Below are positions 46,723-56,277 of a DNA stretch of 64,000 nt, one piece after another. Source of the DNA: Opitutales bacterium (GTDB lineage Bacteria; Verrucomicrobiota; Verrucomicrobiia; Opitutales; UBA2987); NCBI GenBank assembly GCA_021772535.1, contig JAJFLV010000004.1, positions 19,006-83,005 on the forward strand, given 5' to 3'. Made by a program: the position numbers and the translations under genes. How positions within the stretch are numbered: position 1 is the first letter of the stretch; each line of letters opens with the position of its first letter. A model generated the notes under the pieces. It worked only from the letters and a program-made list of their open reading frames with translations. It was not told the DNA's origin and searched no databases.

Positions 46723-47952
46723 ATGCCCTGGTATCTTTATCTGGCTTTAAAGCAGCTTTTCCCCTCGGACAGAAGGATCTCCTTCTTTTTCCTGATCTCC
46801 GTTTGCGGTGTTATGCTCGGGGTTATGATTCTGGTCATCGTGCAGAGCGTGATGGGCGGTTTCGGGCAGACTTACCGGGATAAAATCGTTCTGACCAACG
46901 GGCATATACGGATCGAGTCCGGAGAGGCCATCTACGACTACCAAACCGTTCTGGATATGGTGGACGGAATGGCGGAAGTCCAGGGCGCCTCGCCTTACGC
47001 GCACGGGGTGGTTATGCTGCAACACGATAACCGGCCCGCCTTTCCGGCTATCCGGGGGATCGATGTCGAGCGCGAGCCCTCGGTCGTGCCGATGCAGGAT
47101 TTTTTGCAATTGGGGAGCCTGGATGATTTGGATGACGATTCCGTGCTCCTGAGCCGCGCCCTGGCCGCTTCCATAGGAGCCACTCTGGGTTCCACGGTCG
47201 AAGTTTACACCCCGCTCATGCTGGACCGCTTGAAGGACGACGAGGTGCTCCTGCCCAGAGAACTGCTTGTGGCGGGCATTTACGAAACCGGCTGGAACGA
47301 TTTCGACAGTAACACGATGGTCAGCACGCTGCGTCTCATGCAGGAGCTTTACAACCTGGAAGGAGCCGTTCACGGGGTGGCTCTGCGGTTGCGGCCGGGA
47401 ATTGACGAGGCGGTTGTGGCCCGCCATTTGAATGAAATCCTGACCGGGCGCAAACGGGCGATGACCTGGCTGGATATGTACGAGGACTGGCTCTGGATTC
47501 TGCAACTGGAAAAGAACATGATGTTTTTTCTCCTCATTTTCATCGTTCTGGTGGCCGCCTTTGTCATTGCCATTGCCCAACTCCTGACAGTTGTTCGCAA
47601 AACAAAGGAAATCGGCCTCCTGGTCGCCATAGGCGGCCAGCCGCGACAACTGGTAGCTTGTTTTTGTTTTCAAGGATTCTTCATCGGATTTCTAGGCACC
47701 TTGCTGGGAATTGCCGTGGCCATGGTGGCCCTGTATTTTCGCAACGACATCATTCACGGCTTTGCCCGATTGACCGGCAGCCAGGAAGTATTGGTCAAAT
47801 TTTACCAATTCGCCCAACTGCCGGCCCATTATGCCCTCGGTGATTTCATTGTCATATCCTTGAGCGCCCTTGTCCTCACCACTCTGGCCAGCCTTGTACC
47901 TGCTTTTCGGGCGGCTCGGATGAAACCGGCGGAAGCCTTGCGCAGTGAATGA
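46723..47952 (+). CDS. Lipoprotein-releasing ABC transporter permease (LolC/LolE family)
   Basis: 409 aa. MacB-like periplasmic core domain plus an FtsX C-terminal 3-TM domain. It overlaps the downstream ATPase gene by 8 nt. Confidence 0.8.
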   Translation: MPWYLYLALKQLFPSDRRISFFFLISVCGVMLGVMILVIVQSVMGGFGQTYRDKIVLTNGHIRIESGEAIYDYQTVLDMVDGMAEVQGASPYAHGVVMLQHDNRPAFPAIRGIDVEREPSVVPMQDFLQLGSLDDLDDDSVLLSRALAASIGATLGSTVEVYTPLMLDRLKDDEVLLPRELLVAGIYETGWNDFDSNTMVSTLRLMQELYNLEGAVHGVALRLRPGIDEAVVARHLNEILTGRKRAMTWLDMYEDWLWILQLEKNMMFFLLIFIVLVAAFVIAIAQLLTVVRKTKEIGLLVAIGGQPRQLVACFCFQGFFIGFLGTLLGIAVAMVALYFRNDIIHGFARLTGSQEVLVKFYQFAQLPAHYALGDFIVISLSALVLTTLASLVPAFRAARMKPAEALRSE

Positions 47953-48637
47953 TTTCGGCAAAGAGCTGCAGGTCCGGCAAGTGACCAAATCCTTCGTCAG
48001 CGGCGGTCAGCCGATCGAGGTCCTCAAAGGCGTTGATTTGACGGTTGAAAGTGGCGCCAGCGTGAGCATCCGGGGAGAGTCCGGCAGCGGTAAAACCACT
48101 CTGCTCAACATCATCGCAGGCCTGGAAACAGCCGACAGCGGGACCGTCTCACTAAACGGTTTGCGGATTGAGAGCCTGAGCGAGTCGAAACTGGCCTTGG
48201 TGCGAGGCAAAGAAGTCGGAATGGTCTTTCAGGCTTACCATTTGATTCCAGAACTTGATGTCGCCGAAAACGTCCTGCTGCCGGCGCGCATTGTGGGCCT
48301 TATGGGTCGACCCCAACGGGATCGTGCTTTAGAATTATTAAAGAAAGTCGGATTGGGCGACCGGCTCCATTCTTCTCCATCCCAACTTTCGGGAGGAGAG
48401 AAACAGCGTGTGGCCCTGGCTCGCGCATTAATGAACCGGCCGGCTCTCATTCTGGCCGATGAACCAACCGGCAACCTTGATGAAAAAACGGCTAAAGGCG
48501 TTATTGGTCTGATTTTCGACATTTGCCGCGATGAAAATTCCAGCCTCGTTATGGTGACCCACAATCCCAATTTCGCCGCAAAAACAGATCGGCAACTGTT
48601 GCTGCACAACGGATTGTTAACAAATATCGTTAAGTGA
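47945..48637 (+). CDS. lolD: Lipoprotein-releasing ABC transporter ATP-binding protein
   Basis: GESGSGKTT, LSGGEKQRVALARAL, LILADEPTGNLD. Confidence 0.8.
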   Translation: MNDFGKELQVRQVTKSFVSGGQPIEVLKGVDLTVESGASVSIRGESGSGKTTLLNIIAGLETADSGTVSLNGLRIESLSESKLALVRGKEVGMVFQAYHLIPELDVAENVLLPARIVGLMGRPQRDRALELLKKVGLGDRLHSSPSQLSGGEKQRVALARALMNRPALILADEPTGNLDEKTAKGVIGLIFDICRDENSSLVMVTHNPNFAAKTDRQLLLHNGLLTNIVK

Positions 48638-48715
48638 GAATTCATAACTGGAAAGCCGAAAGGAGCGGGAACAGACTGCTTGTCAATGCCTCCGGTAGGC
48701 TCTTAATGTTCCTTT

Positions 48716-49669
48716 ATGGCAAAAACAAAAGCTGAAAAGCTTGTCCGCTGCGGCGTTGTCGGGGTCGGTTATCTGGGTCGCCATCATGCGCGCATTTATT
48801 CCGCTTTGAAAAGTTGCGAGCTGGTGGGAGTTTTCGATCTCGACACGCAACTCTCCTTGGAAACTTCACAAAATTACGGATGCCGGAGTTTTTCATCTTT
48901 GCGCGAACTGGGAGAAGCCTGCGATGCCGTCAGTGTGGTAGTTCCGACCGACCGGCATTGCGAGGTGGCCTTGGAGTTATTCGAGGCAAATTGCCACTTG
49001 TTAATTGAAAAACCGCTCTGCGTCAGCCTGGAGGAGGCTGAGCGGATTCTCTCTGCCGCCAATGCCTCGGGCCGCATCGTGCAGGTCGGTCACATAGAGC
49101 ATTTCAACCCGGTCATGGAATTTCTCGAGGCGGCGGTGGAAATGCCTCGATTTATTACGGCTGACCGGTTGGCGCCCTTCAATGTCAGGGGCACCGAGGT
49201 GGGTGTGGTGCTCGACCTCATGATCCATGATCTGGGCGTCATATTGCAATTGGTTAAATCTCCGGTGGAAAAAGTCGAGAGCGCCGGGGTCAGCGTTCTT
49301 TCACCCTCCGAAGACATTGCCAACGCCCGCATCACCTTTGCCAACGGCTGTGTGGCCAATATCAACACCAGCCGGGTTAGTCTGAAAAAGGTGCGGGAAA
49401 TTCGGGTTTTCCAACCCAACACCTATCTTTCCCTGGATTTCATGAACCAGAAAGGGCACTTGTTGCGCAAAGTGGGGTTGAACCTTGAAAAGGAAGAGAT
49501 TCCCATCGAAAAAGGGGAGCCATTGCAATTGGAACTGACTTCCTTTGTCGATTGTGTGGCTCGATATGAGGAACCGAAAGTAAGCGCAGCACTGGGCAAG
49601 ACCGCTCTCGAGTTGGCCATTCGCGTAACGGAGCAAATCCGTGCCCAGCAGGAAGTATTCGGCACCTGA
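48716..49669 (+). CDS. Gfo/Idh/MocA-family NAD-dependent oxidoreductase
   Basis: CGVVGVGYLGRHHARIY Rossmann N-terminus, EKP motif (LLIEKPL), 317 aa. It ends 17 nt upstream of lpxB. Confidence 0.75.
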   Translation: MAKTKAEKLVRCGVVGVGYLGRHHARIYSALKSCELVGVFDLDTQLSLETSQNYGCRSFSSLRELGEACDAVSVVVPTDRHCEVALELFEANCHLLIEKPLCVSLEEAERILSAANASGRIVQVGHIEHFNPVMEFLEAAVEMPRFITADRLAPFNVRGTEVGVVLDLMIHDLGVILQLVKSPVEKVESAGVSVLSPSEDIANARITFANGCVANINTSRVSLKKVREIRVFQPNTYLSLDFMNQKGHLLRKVGLNLEKEEIPIEKGEPLQLELTSFVDCVARYEEPKVSAALGKTALELAIRVTEQIRAQQEVFGT

Positions 49670-49686
49670 GCCATAGAGTTGTCTCA

Positions 49687-50871
49687 ATGACGTTGCTGAC
49701 TCCATCTCCCGTCGCCTTTCCTCCGCCCAAAGCGCCAAAAACGGATCTGCTCATTGTGGCCGGAGAACATTCCGGGGACGAGCACGCCGCTCGCATGGTG
49801 ACCAAATTGCTGCGGCTTCAACCTGATCTACGCATCGCCGCCGTTGGGGGCGGGAACCTGGAAAATGCCGGGGCACAGCTTCTCTATGATATAACCTCCC
49901 TTTCCGTGATCGGATTTGCAGAGGTATTGAAAAACTATCGGGTATTTAGGAACATTTTCCAGCAATTGATCCAATGGATCGAACGCTATGAACCCGCCAA
50001 TATCTGCCTGGTGGATTATCCGGGGTTTAACCTTCGACTGGCCAAGCAATTAAAATCCCGAGGATTGAGCCGCAAAGGAGGCGGTGGGATCGGCCTTTTC
50101 TACTATATTTCCCCTCAAATTTGGGCCTGGAAATCCAAACGGCGTTTCGAGATGGCCGAGACTCTGGATGGGCTAGGAGTGATCTTTCCCTTTGAAGTTG
50201 ATTGTTTTAAAGATACCGATTTACCGGTGGAGTTCGTCGGGCATCCTTTTCTGGAAGAAGGCCATGCCCCGAACCTGACCTATCGACCGGAGGGACCGGT
50301 TCTTCTGCTTCCGGGGAGCCGTCTGCAGCCGGTCAACCGAATATTTCCAGCAATGGCCGAAGCTTTTGCGCTTTTTTTGAAAAAACATCCCGGAGATCGT
50401 GCTGTGGTTCTTTATCCCAGTGAGGAAATTCGAGCGGTGTTGGAAAAAAGTTCATCCTCCTTATCCGGTGCAATCAGTTCGGTGGAACTGGCGCCCAATG
50501 GACGTGAAGTGGCGGCCAAAGCGGTTTTGACCAGTTCGGGCACCATGTCGCTTTCCTGCGGGTTGGCCGGGATACCCGGCGCCATTGCTTATAAGGCCCA
50601 TCCGCTGACTTATTTCTGGGCCCGACGATTGATCCATATTCCCTATATCGGGATTGCCAATCTCTTGCTCGATGAATCGGTTTACCCCGAATATATTCAG
50701 GGTAGGGCAATCCCCCAATTGCTGGCTTCGGAACTCGAAAAAGCCGTTACGGAAAGGGATAAAATCGATAATGCCCGAAAAGCCGCTGGCCGGTTGCGGA
50801 AAATTCTGGCCAGAAGGGAAAATGTCTCACCCGCCACCTGGCTGGCCACACGCATGGTCAATCGCCATTGA
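49687..50871 (+). CDS. lpxB: Lipid-A-disaccharide synthase
   Basis: 394 aa. N-terminal IVAGEHSGDEHAA and overall GT19 pattern. Confidence 0.85.
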   Translation: MTLLTPSPVAFPPPKAPKTDLLIVAGEHSGDEHAARMVTKLLRLQPDLRIAAVGGGNLENAGAQLLYDITSLSVIGFAEVLKNYRVFRNIFQQLIQWIERYEPANICLVDYPGFNLRLAKQLKSRGLSRKGGGGIGLFYYISPQIWAWKSKRRFEMAETLDGLGVIFPFEVDCFKDTDLPVEFVGHPFLEEGHAPNLTYRPEGPVLLLPGSRLQPVNRIFPAMAEAFALFLKKHPGDRAVVLYPSEEIRAVLEKSSSSLSGAISSVELAPNGREVAAKAVLTSSGTMSLSCGLAGIPGAIAYKAHPLTYFWARRLIHIPYIGIANLLLDESVYPEYIQGRAIPQLLASELEKAVTERDKIDNARKAAGRLRKILARRENVSPATWLATRMVNRH

Positions 50872-51895
50872 GAGATTTCCACAGGCGCTCCGCCTTTTTG
50901 GAGAGCGTTTTTCGGCAGGTCGCGACCTCATTTTTTCTAATCTTGAGGTTGGCATTGGCAATTTCGGACAGGTCGTCCAGATTGTAAAGGTAAACTCCGG
51001 GCAAGTCGCCAGCTTCCCTCTCAATGTCTCGAGGCACTGCAAGATCGATTAGGAAGAGCGGTTTATCGGGCCTTAGTTTGCTCGCCTTTTCTATCATTTT
51101 TCGGGTAAAAATCCACTTCCTGGCGGCGGTCGAAGTAATCACGATATCCATATCCGCCAGGATATTGGGGCATTCCGCAAATGGGATGGCCCGCCCCCCG
51201 AATTCACTCGCCAGGTTGACCGCTTTTTCCGGTGAGCGATTGGCCACGGTTATATTTTTTACCCCCCGGCTGATCAATGCCTTGACCGTCATCTCTCCCA
51301 CCTCACCCATCCCCGCAACCAGAATTCGGCTGGACTTGAGATGGCCGAAGATACGCCGGGCGAGGTCCACCGCGACATTGCCCAGGCTCACTTGTCCCCG
51401 GCTGATGGCTGTGTTGGTGCGAGCCCATTTGGCCGCCTGGAATCCCTTTTGGAGGACTTTATGCAGAACCGGCCCGACCGTCTTTTTTTGCACACCGACG
51501 GCGTAGGAATCTTTAACTTGCCCGAAAATCTCGGTCTCGCCAATTCTTTGCGAATCCAGGCCTGCGGCGACTTCAAAAATGTGGCGGATGGTTTCGAGGT
51601 CATTTTTCCAGTAACCGAAGTCGGCAAACCACGCTGTTTTCAGGTGGTTGAATTGCTCGAATTGTTCCAAAAACCAATCTTGTCCCACGGACCCTTCCGC
51701 CAATCCATAAATCTCAATTCGGTTGCAGGTGTTAAGGACCAGGCATTCCTTCAGTTCTACAGAATTGCGCAGGTATTGGTAAAGGGATTCGACTTGCTCT
51801 CTTGAGAGGGCCAATTGCTCGCGAATTTCGAGGGGCGCTGTCTGGTGGCTGACTCCCTGAAGAAAAATTTTTCCCCGATTATTTTTCCCATTCAT
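50858..51895 (-). CDS. hemA: Glutamyl-tRNA reductase
   Basis: GVSHQTAPLEIRE, NTCNRIEIY (catalytic Cys), NAD-binding LVAGMGEMG-like ILVAGMGEVGE. On the short side at 345 aa. Its 3-prime end overlaps lpxB by 14 nt, convergently. Confidence 0.85.
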   Translation of the reverse strand: MNGKNNRGKIFLQGVSHQTAPLEIREQLALSREQVESLYQYLRNSVELKECLVLNTCNRIEIYGLAEGSVGQDWFLEQFEQFNHLKTAWFADFGYWKNDLETIRHIFEVAAGLDSQRIGETEIFGQVKDSYAVGVQKKTVGPVLHKVLQKGFQAAKWARTNTAISRGQVSLGNVAVDLARRIFGHLKSSRILVAGMGEVGEMTVKALISRGVKNITVANRSPEKAVNLASEFGGRAIPFAECPNILADMDIVITSTAARKWIFTRKMIEKASKLRPDKPLFLIDLAVPRDIEREAGDLPGVYLYNLDDLSEIANANLKIRKNEVATCRKTLSKKAERLWKSLNGD

Positions 51896-51901
51896 TTAGT
51901 A

Positions 51902-52747
51902 TCAGGGTTGCATGGAAGTCGATTCGGGCTCAACTCTTCCGCTCGTGGTCACTGGCCACAAGGAGATCAGGGCCAGGACAAAGAGAATGACGCAGGAAAG
52001 GGCAAATTTTTTTGACGCCAACCGATTCGTTCGGTGCAACAGAAGCACAATCGTATAAGCGAGCCACAACGCGACCGTGGTGATTAATTTTGCGCTCTGC
52101 ACATCGGACAAATGGGTCCGGTAATAAACCGCCCCCACGGCAAAAGAGATAGTGAGCACGGCGACACCCATCATCAGAAGCCTGCGGTTCATTTGGTCCA
52201 GTTGAACAATGGAAGGAAGTATGGGGAAAAGCCCCGTGATCCTCTTTTGTTTCAACCCATAATTCTGCAGCAAATACATCAGGGAGGTCAGGGCCAAAAT
52301 GCCGAAAATGCCGTAGCTAAACACGGCTAGGGCGGCATGGGTTTCGACCCACCCGTTGGTCGCCGACTCTGCTCTAAGATAGGACTGATCCCAGCTTTCC
52401 AAAAATAGGGAGAGGGCACCCAAAACGGCTGCCAGGCCTGAGCTGAAAAACCCCAACAGGCTCATGCGAAAGGCGGGCCCAATGACGAGGTAGAGCAAGA
52501 TGGCCGACCAAACGACGAATTGCACTTTCTCGAAGGGGTTTCCCAAGGGGCACCTGCCGAGGTCCATTCCGCGCAGGTACAAGCCCAGCGTTTGCAGGGC
52601 GAACCCCCCAATTACCAGCGAGAGCATCGACAGCTTTCGATGCTTGCGGGTTTTTATGAGGTAACCCAGACCGTAGGCAAAGGCCAGGCAATACAGAATG
52701 ATGCCTAGCCCGATAAGGGTCCTTTCGTCCATGCTGAAAAAATTCAT
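51902..52747 (-). CDS. Cytochrome c assembly (CcsA/HemX-like) family membrane protein
   Basis: 281 aa, about 8 TM segments, positioned between hemH and hemA as hemX is in Bacillus-type hem operons. Start overlaps the hemH stop by 4 nt. Confidence 0.6.
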   Translation of the reverse strand: MNFFSMDERTLIGLGIILYCLAFAYGLGYLIKTRKHRKLSMLSLVIGGFALQTLGLYLRGMDLGRCPLGNPFEKVQFVVWSAILLYLVIGPAFRMSLLGFFSSGLAAVLGALSLFLESWDQSYLRAESATNGWVETHAALAVFSYGIFGILALTSLMYLLQNYGLKQKRITGLFPILPSIVQLDQMNRRLLMMGVAVLTISFAVGAVYYRTHLSDVQSAKLITTVALWLAYTIVLLLHRTNRLASKKFALSCVILFVLALISLWPVTTSGRVEPESTSMQP

Positions 52748-53784
52748 TCTCGTTTTTCAGGTATTCCGTCTTGGAGCCAACCGTTCACTTTGCGCTTCAG
52801 GAATTGGATAAATTCAGGGTGATCGTTGAGACAGGGAATCAGGGTCAACGACTCCCCGCCTGCTTTTATAAAAGTCTCTTTTCCCTGTATGGCAATCTCT
52901 TCCAAAGTTTCCAGGCAATCGGAAAGAAATGCCGGGCACATGACGAGGATTTTTTTAACGCCTTCCCGCGCAAATCGCTTCAGTTCAAAGTCCGTATACG
53001 GTTTCAGCCAGGGATCGCGGCCCAGTCTCGATTGGAAGGAGACGGCATATTTATCCTCCGCAATTCCGGTCATTGAAATAAATTTATCAACCGTTTGAAA
53101 ACACTGATGCCGGTAACAGGTGTCATGGGCCGGATGGGGCCTTTGACAACAATCGGGAGTGGCCAGGCAATGGGCATGGGTCGGATCGCTCTTGCGCAGA
53201 TGCCGCTCCGGGACGCCATGAAAACTGAATAAAAGTTTGTCGAAACCTCCTTCCAGGTAGGGTCTGGCGCACTCAATGAGGGCCTTGATATAGTCCTCCT
53301 CATCGTAGAATGGCTGGAGGATTGTTATTTTTGGAGAGACGCCTTGTTTTTCAATTTCAACATTCACCCGCTCCACCACGGTTTCGTAACTGGACATGGC
53401 GTAATGAGGGTAAAGGGGTACAATGAACAGATCCGTGATTTCTTCCCGGTGAATTTTCCTAATCGTATCCGGGATGGAGGGCGACCCGTAGCGCATGGCC
53501 AGAAAAACGGAAACATCCACCATTTGCTGTAGCAAGGCCTGCTGTTTTTTGCTGATAACCATCAGCGGTGAACCTTCCGGGGTCCAGACTTTACTGTAAG
53601 CATGGGCCGATTGTTTTGGCCTGAAGGGTAAGATGAAAAAGTAAACCACCATGGCGCGAATTGGCCAGGGGGCGTCCAAAACGCGTTCGTCCATGAGAAA
53701 TTCACGCAAATAACGACGAACGTCTCCTACCGAACAGGAGTCGGGAGAACCGAGATTCAACAGTAGGACCGCTTTTTTTTGCAT
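52744..53784 (-). CDS. hemH: Ferrochelatase
   Basis: AVLLLNLGSPDS N-terminus, FSFHGVPE, and a typical length of 346 aa. Confidence 0.85.
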   Translation of the reverse strand: MQKKAVLLLNLGSPDSCSVGDVRRYLREFLMDERVLDAPWPIRAMVVYFFILPFRPKQSAHAYSKVWTPEGSPLMVISKKQQALLQQMVDVSVFLAMRYGSPSIPDTIRKIHREEITDLFIVPLYPHYAMSSYETVVERVNVEIEKQGVSPKITILQPFYDEEDYIKALIECARPYLEGGFDKLLFSFHGVPERHLRKSDPTHAHCLATPDCCQRPHPAHDTCYRHQCFQTVDKFISMTGIAEDKYAVSFQSRLGRDPWLKPYTDFELKRFAREGVKKILVMCPAFLSDCLETLEEIAIQGKETFIKAGGESLTLIPCLNDHPEFIQFLKRKVNGWLQDGIPEKRE

Positions 53785-53821
53785 GGCCGGGGAATTGGTA
53801 ATTGCCGGTCAGATAAAATCT

Positions 53822-55183
53822 TCAAACGGTTCTGGAATAGCGATTTTCCTTCCCTTGCAAATAGGCGTCGAAGTGCATGGCGACATTTCGAATAAAAAGT
53901 CGGCCCAATTCGGTGATGCTGATGCTCTCGGGAGTTATTACCACCAATTCGTCCTCCTCCATTTTCCGCAGGGAGGCTATTTCGCGAGAAAACCGGTGGG
54001 GGAAATCGATATTTAATTTTTGCGACACCTCCTCAAAATTGAGGGTCAGGTGACACATTAACCTCATTATAACCTCACGGCGAATACGGTCTTCATGAGA
54101 AAGTATGTAGCCCCGCTGCACGGGGAGAATACCGTTAGCCATGGATTGGTTGTAGAGGTCGGAAGTCTTATAGTTTTGCCGGTAAACACGGGATGTCTGG
54201 GAGACGGAAGAGAGGCCGAAACCGCAAATTTCAGAGTCCGCTTTCGTGCTATAACCCTGAAAGTTACGCTGGAGGGTTTTGTTGCGCTGGGCCTGCGTTA
54301 GTTCATCATCTTCCTTGGCGAAGTGGTCCATGCCAATGTAAACATAGCCGTTCGCAGTCAGCTTTTCTGTCAACATGGTAAGTATTTCCAGTTTGGTTTC
54401 CGGCGGCGGCAGGCTGGCCCGGGCGAGAATTTTCTGGGCCGGTTTGATCGAGGGCACATGAGCGTAGCTGAAGACGGCGAAGCGGTCAGGATCGTAATCG
54501 ATCACTTCGTCCAACGTCTCACTGAAGGACTCCACGCTTTGGTGGGGCAATCCGTAGATGAGATCGATATTGACGGATTTGAATCCTTCTTCGTTGAGCC
54601 ACTCTATGGCTTGAGTATTCAGTTCGGTGGGCTGCACCCGATGAATCGCTTTTTGCACTACCGGGTTGATGTCTTGTACGCCGAAGGAGGCCCGGTTGAC
54701 GCCCATTTCAGCAAATGCCCTGATATGATCCCGAGTCAGGCGTCTTGGGTCCAGCTCGACACTTAGTTCCGAATCCGGTTGGAAGGAGAAATTGTCATGA
54801 ATAATACTACCCAGCCGGCGAATCAAATCGGGTTCCAAAAAATTGGGTGTTCCCCCGCCGAAATGCAATTGCGCGGCTTTACGGCCGGGTTGCAGGTAGG
54901 GCAGGAACAGATTTACCTCTTTTTCCACCAAGTCGAGGTAAGCCTTGGACCGATCATGGTCGGTCGTAATGACGGTGGTGCAGCCGCAGAACCAGCAAAG
55001 ACTTTCGCAAAACGGAATGTGAAAGTAGAGCGAAAGAGGGCCGGTTTCTCTTTTCGAATCTTCCAGAAGTTCCTCTTTATCAACATCCTCTGTGAAACAT
55101 AGAGCTGTTGGGTAGGAGGTGTAGCGGGGTCCCGGCTGGTCGTATTTCCGGATCAGGGCTAAATCGGGCTTGAGCATTTTCAT
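53822..55183 (-). CDS. hemN: Oxygen-independent coproporphyrinogen III oxidase (radical SAM)
   Basis: YDQPGPRYTSYPTA N-terminus, radical-SAM CxxxCxxC in HIPFCESLCWFCGC, GGGTPNFL. Confidence 0.9.
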   Translation of the reverse strand: MKMLKPDLALIRKYDQPGPRYTSYPTALCFTEDVDKEELLEDSKRETGPLSLYFHIPFCESLCWFCGCTTVITTDHDRSKAYLDLVEKEVNLFLPYLQPGRKAAQLHFGGGTPNFLEPDLIRRLGSIIHDNFSFQPDSELSVELDPRRLTRDHIRAFAEMGVNRASFGVQDINPVVQKAIHRVQPTELNTQAIEWLNEEGFKSVNIDLIYGLPHQSVESFSETLDEVIDYDPDRFAVFSYAHVPSIKPAQKILARASLPPPETKLEILTMLTEKLTANGYVYIGMDHFAKEDDELTQAQRNKTLQRNFQGYSTKADSEICGFGLSSVSQTSRVYRQNYKTSDLYNQSMANGILPVQRGYILSHEDRIRREVIMRLMCHLTLNFEEVSQKLNIDFPHRFSREIASLRKMEEDELVVITPESISITELGRLFIRNVAMHFDAYLQGKENRYSRTV

Positions 55184-56205
55184 GACTGGTTATGCACCGT
55201 TTTAAGCAGTGTTTCAACGTTTTCCAGTTTGGCACTGGGCAGTATGCCATGGCCCAGGTTGAAAATATGTCCCGGCCGGCCTTTCATTGAATTTAAAATT
55301 CGTTCGGTTTCCTCAACAACAATCCCAGGCTCGGTATTCAACACGACCGGGTCGAGGTTTCCCTGCACCGCAATTCCGGGTCCAATTCTGGTTGCGAAAT
55401 CAGACAGATCGACCGTCCAATCCACACTCAGGACCTTTGCTCCTGTAGCCGCTAAAGCAGACGCATTAGCCGCCATCCCTTTGGCGAAGAGAATTACGGG
55501 AACATCCTTTTCCAGTGATTGAATGATTCGCCGTATCCAATTGAGTGACATTTCCTCGTAGAGCGATCCCGCGCAGGCGGCGCCCCAGGAATCGAATATT
55601 TGCAAGGCATCGACACCGGCATCGATTTGCATTTTAAAATAATCCACCAGAGCAACGGTAATTTTTTCCATCAGGGCCTCAAAATCATTTCGGTGGCTGA
55701 AGAACAGATTTTTTATTTGAGTGAAATCTTTGGAATGCCCGCCCTCGACCATGTAAGTTGCCAGGGTCCAGGGTGAGCCGCCGAATCCGAGAAGGGCTTT
55801 ACGGTCACCTAGTTCCCGGCGGACTATTTTCTGTGCTTCGGCCACGTAACCGAGTTTTTCGGGAATACCCGTTGGATCGAGCCGCTCGATCTGCTCCGGG
55901 GTTTCGAGGCTGTATTCCATTTCAATGCCTCCGGTTTCCTTGAACCGGTAGGGCTGGCCCAGGGCTTCCGGAATTACCAGTATGTCGCTGAAGGTGATGG
56001 CCGCATCGAATTCGTACCTTTGCATGGGCTGCAGCGTTACCCGGGCAGCCAGTTCCGGTGTCTGGGCCAGCTGAAGAAAGGAGTATTTTTTCTTCAACTG
56101 GCGGTATTCGGGCAGGTAGCGGCCCGCCTGCCGCATAATCCAGACAGGCGGCCGGTCCACCGGTTGGCACCCGCAGGCAGCCAGAAATCTATCGCGATCA
56201 TTCAT
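55180..56205 (-). CDS. hemE: Uroporphyrinogen decarboxylase
   Basis: PPVWIMRQAGRYLPEY signature, 341 aa. Overlaps the hemN start by 4 nt. Confidence 0.9.
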   Translation of the reverse strand: MNDRDRFLAACGCQPVDRPPVWIMRQAGRYLPEYRQLKKKYSFLQLAQTPELAARVTLQPMQRYEFDAAITFSDILVIPEALGQPYRFKETGGIEMEYSLETPEQIERLDPTGIPEKLGYVAEAQKIVRRELGDRKALLGFGGSPWTLATYMVEGGHSKDFTQIKNLFFSHRNDFEALMEKITVALVDYFKMQIDAGVDALQIFDSWGAACAGSLYEEMSLNWIRRIIQSLEKDVPVILFAKGMAANASALAATGAKVLSVDWTVDLSDFATRIGPGIAVQGNLDPVVLNTEPGIVVEETERILNSMKGRPGHIFNLGHGILPSAKLENVETLLKTVHNQS

Positions 56206-56213
56206 TAATACCG

Positions 56214-56266
56214 ACGATTATTTTGGTCCGGCCTGAAAAAACAATACCAAATAATCGTTGGCCGGA
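56214..56266 (-). promoter_or_regulatory. Interleaved inverted repeats (pseudoknot-like or mutually exclusive hairpins) in the hemE leader
   Basis: + strand order: A ACGATTATTTTGG (56214-56226), B TCCGGCC (56227-56233), 13-nt spacer, A' CCAAATAATCGT (56247-56258), T, B' GGCCGGA (56260-56266). A pairs with A' (12 bp, one bulged nt). B pairs with B' (7 bp). The element ends 9 nt from the hemE ATG. Confidence 0.5.
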
Positions 56267-56277
56267 GAATGACCCTC

